Shown: one piece after another, positions 7,015 through 15,900 of the stretch
Layout: each line of letters starts with the position of its first letter
Position numbering within the stretch: position 1 is the stretch's first letter
Notes under the pieces: model-generated
What the model saw: only the letters and a program-made list of their open reading frames with translations
The model's database searches: none
What the model was told of the DNA's origin: nothing
Program-made: the position numbers and the translations under genes
NCBI GenBank assembly: GCA_009783145.1
Contig: WRHR01000005.1
Location: 194-64,193, forward strand
DNA from: Alphaproteobacteria bacterium
Lineage (GTDB): Bacteria; Pseudomonadota; Alphaproteobacteria; Rs-D84
Reading direction: 5' to 3'
DNA: 64,000 nt

Positions 7015-8778
7015 TTATACTCTGGCCCCGGCGTTGAAGCCTATGCGTTTGGAGATTCCTGCGGATTTGCGAGCTTTCAGCAATTCATCTATTTTATTCG
7101 TAGTGAATTCTGTCGCTGTATCTTCGCCGCCGCCCAGCAATAACTCGCGCCGCAGCATTGCAGTTATGGAGCGCTGTAATTCCCTGACGCCCTGCTCTGC
7201 TGTGTAGTTGCGGATGATATGACGCAGCGCTTCATCGTTGATTTTTATATTTTCCGCATTCCAGCCCGCGTCTTTTGCCGCGCGCTTTATTAAATGCTCG
7301 CGAGCAATATTCAATTTTTCCTCTTCCGAATATCCCGGAATTTCAATAATTTCCATTCTATCTTTTAATGCCGGAGACATATTCAGAGTATTCGCCGTTG
7401 CGATAAACACTACATTGCCCAGGTCAAAATCAACCTCCAAATAATGGTCGCGGAAGCTTTTATTCTGTTCCGGGTCCAGGACTTCCAACAGGGCGCTTTC
7501 CGGATCGCCGCGATGGTCACGGCCCATTTTATCAATCTCGTCCAACACAATCACCGGATTATTCGCGCCGCATCTTTTCAGCGCATCCATAATGCGTCCC
7601 GGCTGGGACCCGATATAAGTCTTGCGATGCCCGCGAAAGTGCGCTTCATCCGATACTCCGCCCAGTGAAATTCTATGATATTTGCGCCCCAGTGCCTTGG
7701 CCACGGATTTGCCGAGACTCGTCTTACCAACACCAGGCGCGCCAACCAAGCACAATATAGTGCCCGAGATATTTCCCGTTTTGCGCATCACCGCGATGTG
7801 TTCCAGAATTCTTTCTTTTATCGGCTGCATTCCGGAATGCTCGGCATCCAGCGCCACGCGTGCCGCGGTCAAATCAATTTTCGCCTTATCCGATTTATCC
7901 CATGGCATTGACAGCAGCTCGTCCAAATAAGTTTTCAACACCGCGCCTTCGGTGCTCATCGCGTTATGGCCGCGCATTCTGCGCCATTCGGACATTGCTT
8001 TGTCTTTCGCCTCTTTCGGCATTGCAGAATTTTCAATCCTGCGCTTTAAACTTTCCGTGTCCATTTCATCGCTGTCTTCGCCCAGCTCTTTCTGAATTGC
8101 TTTCAGCTTTTCCTGCAAGACTATATTGCGATGCCCGCCATCCATTTGCTGTTGCACGCGCTTGGAAATCGATGCGTCTATCTTCGCGATTTCCGCCATC
8201 ACTCCGATCTGTTCCAAAATCAGCACCAGCTTTTCGCGATATGTCCGCGCGCTCAGTATCCTAACCGCCGCCTCGGTCTCCATATTGGTCATCTGAATAA
8301 CGGCATCTATGAACGCCGGCATCGGATAGTTCTGGATTATCGCGTTCAGCTTGTCCATTCTGAACTTTCTCGGCAGCGCCAGAGCCGGCAATTCCGCTGC
8401 AACTTTGTCTCGCAGCGCGGCCGTTTGCTCGAAATTACTGTCATCTATAAAGGGCAGCTCGGCCGGAATACCTGAAAACAAGCCGTCCTCTACCGAAATA
8501 TCGGAAATCGAAACCGCCGCCTTAGTCTGGACTATCGTATGTATGGAGTTATCCGGAAGCCGCAATATCTGAATCACGTCCGCCAGGGTCCCGGTATCGT
8601 ACAGCTCTTCCGGCGCGACCGGATAGTTCCATTTGTGCTGAGGCGCGATTATCACGCGGCGGTTCGCGGCGACGGCCGCCTCCATACACGCGACGGAAAT
8701 CTGGTTATCAAGATAAATCGGAACGGTCAGGCCCGGCTGGACCACCAAATCCTTTAAGGGTAAAATGAATTCTTTCAT
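7015..8778 (-). CDS. Lon-like AAA+ ATPase (LON N-domain + AAA+ module, no S16 protease domain)
   Basis: N-terminal LPLKDLVVQPGLTVPIYL, Walker A GAPGVGKTS, Walker B VIVLDEIDK, Lon-type sensor region; ORF stops right after the AAA+ alpha-subdomain and abuts tsaB start with no gap. Confidence 0.8.
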   Translation of the reverse strand: MKEFILPLKDLVVQPGLTVPIYLDNQISVACMEAAVAANRRVIIAPQHKWNYPVAPEELYDTGTLADVIQILRLPDNSIHTIVQTKAAVSISDISVEDGLFSGIPAELPFIDDSNFEQTAALRDKVAAELPALALPRKFRMDKLNAIIQNYPMPAFIDAVIQMTNMETEAAVRILSARTYREKLVLILEQIGVMAEIAKIDASISKRVQQQMDGGHRNIVLQEKLKAIQKELGEDSDEMDTESLKRRIENSAMPKEAKDKAMSEWRRMRGHNAMSTEGAVLKTYLDELLSMPWDKSDKAKIDLTAARVALDAEHSGMQPIKERILEHIAVMRKTGNISGTILCLVGAPGVGKTSLGKSVAKALGRKYHRISLGGVSDEAHFRGHRKTYIGSQPGRIMDALKRCGANNPVIVLDEIDKMGRDHRGDPESALLEVLDPEQNKSFRDHYLEVDFDLGNVVFIATANTLNMSPALKDRMEIIEIPGYSEEEKLNIAREHLIKRAAKDAGWNAENIKINDEALRHIIRNYTAEQGVRELQRSITAMLRRELLLGGGEDTATEFTTNKIDELLKARKSAGISKRIGFNAGARV

Positions 8779-8823
8779 AGCAAGATATAATATAGAGTAT
8801 TTCTGGGAATAGTCAATAGTCAT

Positions 8824-8850
8824 TAAAAAAACCCGCTTGCGCGGGAATTT
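8824..8850 (-). terminator. rho-independent terminator
   Basis: Minus strand AAATTCCCGCGCAAGCGGGTTTTTTT directly after stop of 8851-9102. Confidence 0.6.
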
Positions 8851-9102
8851 CTAACGACGGTAATTGTTATATCCGCCTTGGTCGCGGTTTCCGGACGCCG
8901 ACCTCTTTGAAAGATAGCGCGCCGCGATAATCGCCAGCCATCCGAAAGGCAGCAATATCCACATAAACAAGTTATATTCCGGTATGCCCCCGCGCGGAAG
9001 CTGTACAAGAATCGCGTATAAAGACCACAAGGCTTGTATGGTAAATGAAATATAGATCAATCCGAACATTCCGTTGAAAAATATTGATTTGATTTTGTTC
9101 AT
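8851..9102 (-). CDS. small membrane protein
   Basis: 83 aa, two hydrophobic helices, basic C-terminal tail. Confidence 0.5.
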   Translation of the reverse strand: MNKIKSIFFNGMFGLIYISFTIQALWSLYAILVQLPRGGIPEYNLFMWILLPFGWLAIIAARYLSKRSASGNRDQGGYNNYRR

Positions 9103-9140
9103 CTTCTCATTCCTTTGTTATTGTTATACAATTTATAAGT

Positions 9141-9718
9141 GCCGGATTCTGGTGCCAGGCTCCGGCGGGCCCCGCATAAGCTAAGCGGGCGTTGCGACAA
9201 TTGCCGCGCGCGCCCTTGTGCCCTTAGGCAGCCAATGCAAGGCGAACATTGCTGTTCGCAGCGATTCTATCGCCATTCAGTTTTTTTCAGCCTTTTTCGG
9301 GAGCAACCCCGGACGCACTCTTTATCTTTCAGCCATTGTCGAGCCTGGTTCACCCCCATGCGCGGCTGCGCCGCGAGAGTGGCGCAAATGCTTCGCATTT
9401 GCTAGAGTAAAGATTCTTCGGCTGCGCCGAAAAATCAGAGTATTCGCTCGCTTCGCTCGCAGAGTAGGAGAGTAAGAGAGTAAAAGAGTAAAAGAGCATC
9501 TAAAACTCTACTACTCTCTTACTCTGCAAATGCGAAGCATTTGCGCTACTCTGCCGGCGAAGCCGGCGTCACTCTGCGCGCGAAGCGCGCGCTACTCTCA
9601 TCCACCATTTCCTATTGCGCCGCAGGCGCAATAGGAAATGGTGGAGGTGCCGGGTACCGCCCCCGGGTCCAAAAAGCCTATTGCATAAAGCATTCAGCAT
9701 CGTCTTCCCCGAAGGGAC
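9141..9718 (-). ncRNA. ssrA: two-piece (circularly permuted) tmRNA gene
   Basis: Acceptor piece ends ...GGACCCGGGGGCGGTACCCGGCACCTCCACCA (CCA at 9639). Coding piece starts GGGGGTGAACCAGGCTCGAC at 9357. GGGGGTG pairs 7/7 with CACCTCC including G3:U70. Tag frame GCT GCG AAC AGC AAT GTT CGC CTT GCA TTG GCT GCC TAA = AANSNVRLALAA. Confidence 0.8.
9358..9638. repeat. ~280-nt tmRNA intervening segment built of AGAGTANN octamers and GCGAAGC-centred mini-hairpins
   Basis: AGAGTAGG AGAGTAAG AGAGTAAA AGAGTAAA on one side and TACTCT units on the other, interspersed with GCAAATGC-GAAG-CATTTGC, GCCGGCGAAGCCGGC, GCGCGCGAAGCGCGCGC, CGCTCGCTTCGCTCGC. Confidence 0.75.
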
Positions 9719-9724
9719 TTACTA

Positions 9725-9752
9725 ATTATAAGGGAAATTTATGAAAAATCAA
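9725..9752 (-). promoter_or_regulatory. sigma70-like promoter TTGATT-16-TATAAT for ssrA
   Basis: Minus strand -35 at 9752-9747, -10 at 9730-9725; predicted start gives an acceptor piece of about 80 nt. Confidence 0.45.
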
Positions 9753-10051
9753 GCGCCTTGCTTTTTCGCCGCAGCCAATGCCGCGCGCAAGGATTTCTCG
9801 GCCAAAACCCGGATTTTCGGCGCAAATGCCCGCATATTCATCGCGTCTGCCACAGAATTCGCGAAAAGCTCTGCTATATAATTAACCTGAGTCGGCGCAA
9901 TCACGAAGACTTCACTGGAAATCTGTTCGGGCCGCAACTTCAATGCGCCCCCCTTCGCTGAAGCTATGGGGGGCAGGCCCGGGGTCGGCCTGTCCGCCGG
10001 AGCCTTGGCGTAGGCGGATTTTTTTATGATGTCTTCTATTGAATTTTCCAT
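9749..10051 (-). CDS. hypothetical protein containing two copies of the GC-hairpin insert
   Basis: 100-aa ORF divergent from secA; residues YAKAPADRPTPGLPPIASAKGG are encoded by hairpin copies at 9948-9973 and 9993-10018. Confidence 0.45.
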   Translation of the reverse strand: MENSIEDIIKKSAYAKAPADRPTPGLPPIASAKGGALKLRPEQISSEVFVIAPTQVNYIAELFANSVADAMNMRAFAPKIRVLAEKSLRAALAAAKKQGA

Positions 10052-10149
10052 ATCCTGGACTATAACATAGCCAAAGGAAGATTTCCATAAATTTATTTGA
10101 CCGCAGCCTGGTTTTTCGCTATGCTCGGCCCTGCAAAAAGGATTTATTT

Positions 10150-12774
10150 ATGATTCAAAGAGCTATTAGTAGAGTTTTAAGGAAAGTTTTGGGTTCCGCA
10201 AACGACCGCGTTGTGCGTTCTTATGACAAAATCGTATCCATAATCAATGATTTAGAGCCGAAATACCACGCAATGTCCGACGAACAGCTGCGCGCGGTAA
10301 CCACCCAATTGCGCCAGAGACTTAGCGACGGGGCCAGCGAGAGAGACATTCGTCCCGACGCTTTCGCCGCCGTGCGCGAGGCCTCGATCCGAACGCTGGG
10401 GATGCGGCACTTCAATGTCCAGCTTATCGGCGGCATGGTCTTGAACAACGGCCAGATTACCGAAATGAAGACCGGCGAAGGAAAAACCCTGGTCGCGACG
10501 CTGGCGCTATATTTGAAAGCCCTGCACGGAAAAGGAGCGCACCTGATTACGGTCAACGACTATCTTGCGTCGCGCGACGCCAATTGGATGGGTGCTATTT
10601 ACAAGTTCCTGGGTTTAACCGTCGGCATTATCCAGCACGATATGACGGACGAGGAGCGCCGCGAGGCATACGCCTGCGACATCACATACGTGACTAATTC
10701 CGAGCTGGGATTCGACTATCTGCGCGACAATATGAAATTCAGCAAGGACCAGCAGGTCTTGCGCCCGTTCTTTTACGGCATCGTCGACGAGGTCGACAGT
10801 ATTCTGATCGACGAGGCGCGCACTCCTCTCATCATTTCCGGACCCGCCGAAGACACCAGCGAGCTTTATAACGCCGTCGACGCGATCGTTGCGAAGTTCT
10901 CGCCCGACGATTATAAAAAAGATGAAAAAGACCGCCATGTCACCCTTACCGACTGCGGCACGGATACGGCAACCGCTATGCTGGCCGAGGCGGGCCTGCT
11001 GACCGGCACAAACCTTTACGCGCCGGAAAACGCCATGCTGGTGATGCATATCCAGCAAGCATTATTGGCTCATCACCTGTTCAAGAAGGAAGTGAATTAC
11101 GTCGTCCGCGGCGGCGAAGTTCTTATCGTCGACGAATTCACCGGGCGCGTTATGACCGGGCGCCGCTTCAGCAAAGGCTTGCACCAGGCGCTGGAGGCCA
11201 AGGAGCATGTAAAGATTCAGCCGGAAAATCAGACCGTATCCAGCATTTCCTATCAGAACCTGTTCCGCCTGTATCCGAAATTGGCGGGTATGACCGGCAC
11301 CGCTATGACCGAAGCCGTGGAATTCGAAGAGATTTACAAGCTGCGCGTCGTATCCATTCCCACTAACCGCCCCGTCGTTCGCGTCGATCATCACGATGAG
11401 ATCTATCGAAACAAGCAGGAAAAATTCGACGCTATAATCGAACAGCTGCGTGATTGCCAGACGCGCAAACAGCCCGTCTTGGTCGGCACGGTATCTATCG
11501 AAAAATCGGAAGAGCTGGCCGAGATTGTTGAGAAACGACTCAAAATCAAGCCCGCCGTCCTTAACGCTAAGCATCACGAATCCGAAGCGAGAATCGTTGC
11601 GCAGGCCGGCGTCCCGGGCCGCATTACCATTGCCACGAACATGGCCGGCCGCGGAACCGATATCAAGCTGGGGGGAAATGCCGAGGAGCTGATTGCGGCG
11701 CTGGACGCGGATGCGCCGGACTTTGAAAAAAAGAAAAAAGAAATTTATGAAAAAATCGAAGCCGACAAAAAAACCGTTCTGGATGCCGGCGGCCTGTACG
11801 TAATCGGAACCGAACGGCACGAGTCCCGCCGCATCGACAACCAGTTGCGCGGACGATCCGGACGCCAGGGCGATCCCGGCGATTCAAAATTCTTCCTTGC
11901 GCTGGACGACGACTTGATGCGCATCTTCGGCGCGGCGCGCCTGGACGGAATGCTGATGACCTTGGGCCTTAAACCGGGAGAAGCCATAAAGCATCCTTGG
12001 ATCACCAAAGCCTTGGAAAAAGCGCAAAAGCGCGTTGAAGCCCGCTATTTCGAATCCCGCAAAGAACTGCTGAAATACGACAATGTTATGAACGACCAAA
12101 GAAACGTGGTGTACAAGCAGCGCGATGATTTGATGACCAGCGATGACTTGACAGGGTTGGCGAAAGAACTGCTGGCGGACGTCGTGGAAAATATTGCGGA
12201 GATGAACATTCCGGAAAAAACGCGACCGGAAGATTGGAACATCGCCGGCATTCATGATGCTATGCAGCGCGTGTTCGGAATGGATATCACGGACCTTGAT
12301 TCTTGGAAGACCGACGAATCCATCACGGAGCAAAAAGCCTATGAATCCCTGCTGCGCCTTGCGCAGAACCGCTATGACCACCAGGCAGAGAGATACGGGC
12401 CCGAGCTGATGCAGACCGCGCAGAAACAAATGATGCTGTCGGCGCTGGACAATACCTGGCGCAAGCACTTACAAGCTATGGACATGCTGCAATCGGGCAT
12501 CGGGCTGCGCGGGTACGCTCAGAAAAATCCGCTTTACGAATATAAGCGCGAAGCGTTCGAATTATTCCGCGGGATGATGAATAACTTCAAGTCAATGTCG
12601 ATGGCATATCTGTGCCGGATGGAATTGTCGCGCGACGATATCGATGCGACCAAGCGCGAGCATGAAGAGCGCGACGCGACGCTGAACACCGCCCCCGGCA
12701 CCACGAACCGCAATGCGCTGTGCCCCTGCGGCAGCGGCCTTAAATACAAGCATTGCTGCGGGAAGCTGAAGTAA
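10150..12774 (+). CDS. secA: preprotein translocase ATPase SecA
   Basis: 874 aa; MKTGEGKT, VDEVDSILIDEARTPLIISG, TNMAGRGTDI, C-terminal zinc motif CPCGSGLKYKHCCG. Confidence 0.97.
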   Translation: MIQRAISRVLRKVLGSANDRVVRSYDKIVSIINDLEPKYHAMSDEQLRAVTTQLRQRLSDGASERDIRPDAFAAVREASIRTLGMRHFNVQLIGGMVLNNGQITEMKTGEGKTLVATLALYLKALHGKGAHLITVNDYLASRDANWMGAIYKFLGLTVGIIQHDMTDEERREAYACDITYVTNSELGFDYLRDNMKFSKDQQVLRPFFYGIVDEVDSILIDEARTPLIISGPAEDTSELYNAVDAIVAKFSPDDYKKDEKDRHVTLTDCGTDTATAMLAEAGLLTGTNLYAPENAMLVMHIQQALLAHHLFKKEVNYVVRGGEVLIVDEFTGRVMTGRRFSKGLHQALEAKEHVKIQPENQTVSSISYQNLFRLYPKLAGMTGTAMTEAVEFEEIYKLRVVSIPTNRPVVRVDHHDEIYRNKQEKFDAIIEQLRDCQTRKQPVLVGTVSIEKSEELAEIVEKRLKIKPAVLNAKHHESEARIVAQAGVPGRITIATNMAGRGTDIKLGGNAEELIAALDADAPDFEKKKKEIYEKIEADKKTVLDAGGLYVIGTERHESRRIDNQLRGRSGRQGDPGDSKFFLALDDDLMRIFGAARLDGMLMTLGLKPGEAIKHPWITKALEKAQKRVEARYFESRKELLKYDNVMNDQRNVVYKQRDDLMTSDDLTGLAKELLADVVENIAEMNIPEKTRPEDWNIAGIHDAMQRVFGMDITDLDSWKTDESITEQKAYESLLRLAQNRYDHQAERYGPELMQTAQKQMMLSALDNTWRKHLQAMDMLQSGIGLRGYAQKNPLYEYKREAFELFRGMMNNFKSMSMAYLCRMELSRDDIDATKREHEERDATLNTAPGTTNRNALCPCGSGLKYKHCCGKLK

Positions 12775-12800
12775 AAAAATCCGGCGCTGCCGGATTTTTA
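12775..12800 (+). terminator. rho-independent terminator after secA
   Basis: AAAAATCCGGCGCTGCCGGATTTTT. Confidence 0.65.
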
Positions 12801-12920
12801 AATTAGCGATTAGCAATTATCAATTAGCGGTTAAACGCAACATAAACATTGTCCATTATAATGGACATCGTTATTCACACACTCTAAATCGCTAATCGCT
12901 AATTGATAATTGCTAATTTA
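12801..12920. repeat. heptamer-arm hairpin element H1 with TGTCCATTATAATGGACA core
   Basis: Left arm ATTAGCG ATTAGCA ATTATCA ATTAGCG (12802-12829), core palindrome 12850-12867, right arm CGCTAAT CGCTAAT TGATAAT TGCTAAT (12889-12916); right arm runs into dnaE stop codon. Confidence 0.8.
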
Positions 12921-15900
12921 TTCTATCGTAACTCTCACCCCAAGCGCGGAAAGGTCGTCCGCGATTGTTGGTGTCAGAGCCACAGCGCGGGGCAATGCCA
13001 ATGTCGTCGCCTTACCGTTCGCGCCAATGCTCAGAAATACCTTCGCCCTTCCGTTCGGCAGCGAATCTATCAATTGCTTTATATCCGCCAATCGCTCTTG
13101 CGCCTTCATCTCCAATGTAATTTTTTGCGCGACGGACGCTATCCACTGGGTCAATGGAATAACGCTGTCCACGAATAATGAAACTCTATCGTCGCGAACG
13201 TTTACCCTGCCCCGCAGCAAAACTATGCTCTCGTTCTGCAACACCTGCATAACGCCGTAAATCGTATCGCCGAAGCACACCGCGTCGACGCTGCCGGAAC
13301 TGTCCGCCGCATTGATGGACATCATTAATTTCCCCGTCTTGGTCGTGCGGCGGTTGAACGAGTTCACGCTGACCGCAATCATCACGTTTTCGCGGTCGCG
13401 CTTTGCGGGAAGCGTGGCGCTGGTCGTCAGCCTTTCTCGCTTTATCAGATTCTTGTACTGGTCCATCGGATGCGCCGAGATATAGAAGCCGACCGCGCTA
13501 AGCTCATTCTCCATTCTTTCGCCGAAGTTCCACGCCGGCGTCGCATTCATATTTTTTGCAAGTCTGTTTTCCGCTATGTCGTCCTGGGCGGTATTCGCGA
13601 ACAAGGAAAGAGAATTCGCGCTGTCTTTCTGCTTTGCCGCATAACCTAAAATCACGTCCGCGTTCATGAATATCTTCGCGCGGTTCGGCTCCAGCCCGTC
13701 CAGCGCGCCGACTTTCGCGAACGCTTCCAGCACTCGCTTGTTTATAATCCCTGCCGTGCGCTTCGCAAAATCCGTGATATTTTTGAACTTTCCATCAGCG
13801 TTTCGCTGGGCGATAATCGCGTCCGTCGCGACCTTGCCAATGCCCTTTATCGCGGCAAGCGCGAATATGATTTTATTGTCCCGCACCGTGAAAAGGCTTT
13901 CCGAAGAATTTATATCCGGCGGCAGAATTTCCAAACTAAAATTCGTTTTCGCGTCGTCCATATAAAGAGCTAGCTGGTCGGAATCATTCAGCTCCGACGA
14001 CATCGCCGCGGCCAGGAACTGGGCCGGATAATGAGCCTTAATATACGCGCATTGCGCCGCGATGACGGAATACGCGACCGAGTGCGATTTATTAAACGCG
14101 TATTCCGCGAACTTTATAAACTGAGTCCACAGAGCCTGGGCGTCGCCCAGCGACAAGGTTTTTTCCCGCTCGCACCCTTCGTAAAATTTCGGCTCCAGCT
14201 TGTCCAGCACTTCCTTGATTTTCTTGCCCATCGCCTTGCGGACGGTGTCGGATTCGCCCCGCGTGAATCCCGCCAGGGCGCGCACCAGCTGCATAACCTG
14301 CTCTTGATACACGATGATGCCGTATGTTTCTTTGAGTATTTCTTCCGCTTTTGGATGAGGATAGCTGACGTCTTCCTCGCCATGCATTCTGGCGATGTAT
14401 TGTGGAATGTACGCGATCGGCCCCGGGCGGTTCAAAGCGTTCAGCGCAACGATATTCGCAAAACTGGTGGGCTGCATCTTTTTCAAGGTCTGCTGAACGA
14501 ACGGGGCTTCGTATTGGAAAATTCCGATTGTCTTGCCGGCGCGCCACAGCTCGAAAGTCTTATCATCTTCCAGCGGAATCTTGTCCAGATCCAGATTCAC
14601 CCCAACCGTTTTCTTTACCAGCTCCACCGCGTATTTCAAAATAGCCAAGGTTTCCAAACCCAAAAAATCAAACTTTATCAGTCCCACGGATTCCAAATAA
14701 TGCCCGTCGAATTGACAAGACGGCATTTCGTTGGACGGGTCCCGATAAACCGGCGCGATCGCCGTCGTGGCGCGATCGCCGATAACCACTCCGCATGCGT
14801 GCTGGCCCAGATTGCGGAAGGCGCCTTCTATCTCCATCGATACATCTACGACTTTTTTAAGGTCGGCGTCGTTGTCCAGCGCTTCCTGAATATCATCAGA
14901 CTTTCGCACCGCGTCCGCGATTTTCTTCGCATCCATCGGTATCAATTTGGCGAATCTATCCGTCTTGGAATAAGGCATCCCGTAAACCCGCCCTATATCG
15001 CGTATCGCGCCGCGCGCCTGCAAGCTGCCGAAAGTGATAATCCTGCAAATATGGTCGGCGCCGTATCTCTTGCAAATATATTCCATCAGGCGCGGCAGGC
15101 CTTCGGGTTCGAAATCCACGTCAAAGTCCGGCATGGAAATTCGGTCTGGGTTTAAGAAACGCTCGAACAGCAAGCCATATGCCAGCGGATTCACATTCGT
15201 GATGCCCAGCGCCCACGAGACTACGCTGCCCGCGCCCGAACCGCGGCCCGGCCCCACCAGAACATCGTTCTTGCGGCACCAGCCTATGTAATCCGCGACT
15301 ATCAAGAAATACCCCGGAAAGCCCATCTTGATAATGACGTCACATTCAAATTCCAGTTGATCGAAGTATTGCTTTTGGTCGGCGTCCGGGATTTTTTCCT
15401 CGGCCATGCGCCGGTCCAGTCCAGCGCGCGCGTCATCGCGCAGCATCTGGCACTCGGCATCCAGATCATCGCCAAATTTGGGCAGCAAAGGCTTTGACCG
15501 AGTATTCACCATAAACGCGCAGCGGCGTGAAATCGCAACCGTGTTTTCAATCGCTTCGGGCAGGTCGCTGAAGATTTCCGCCATTTCATCGGGCGATTTG
15601 AAGTATTGCTCGGCATTTTTGCGCTTGCGGTCGGGATCTATGACCTTGGTCTGCTGCAGGACGCAACCCAGCGCGTCCGCCGCCTCATAATTATCTTGCG
15701 CCGCGAAGCACGCGTCGTTAGTCGCGACAATCGGAATGTTCATGCTTTGCGCCAGGCGCAGGAATTCGGGCTCCGTCTTGATTTCTTCTTCCAGGCCATG
15801 GCGCTGGATTTCCATATAAAACCGCCCTTCGCCAAGGCTACGGGCGGCAGGGCCGCCGCCGAAAATCTCCAGCAGGCGGCGCGCCAGCATTGAAGCAAAA

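Noticed and set aside
12886-12916. Fur-box-like reading of the TGATAATTGCTAAT arm sequence
   Set aside because: The resemblance is a by-product of the AT-rich heptamer unit. The same position in other elements carries unrelated units.
14031-15155. 374-aa plus-strand ORF
   Set aside because: It lies entirely antisense to dnaE, which is unambiguously the real gene.
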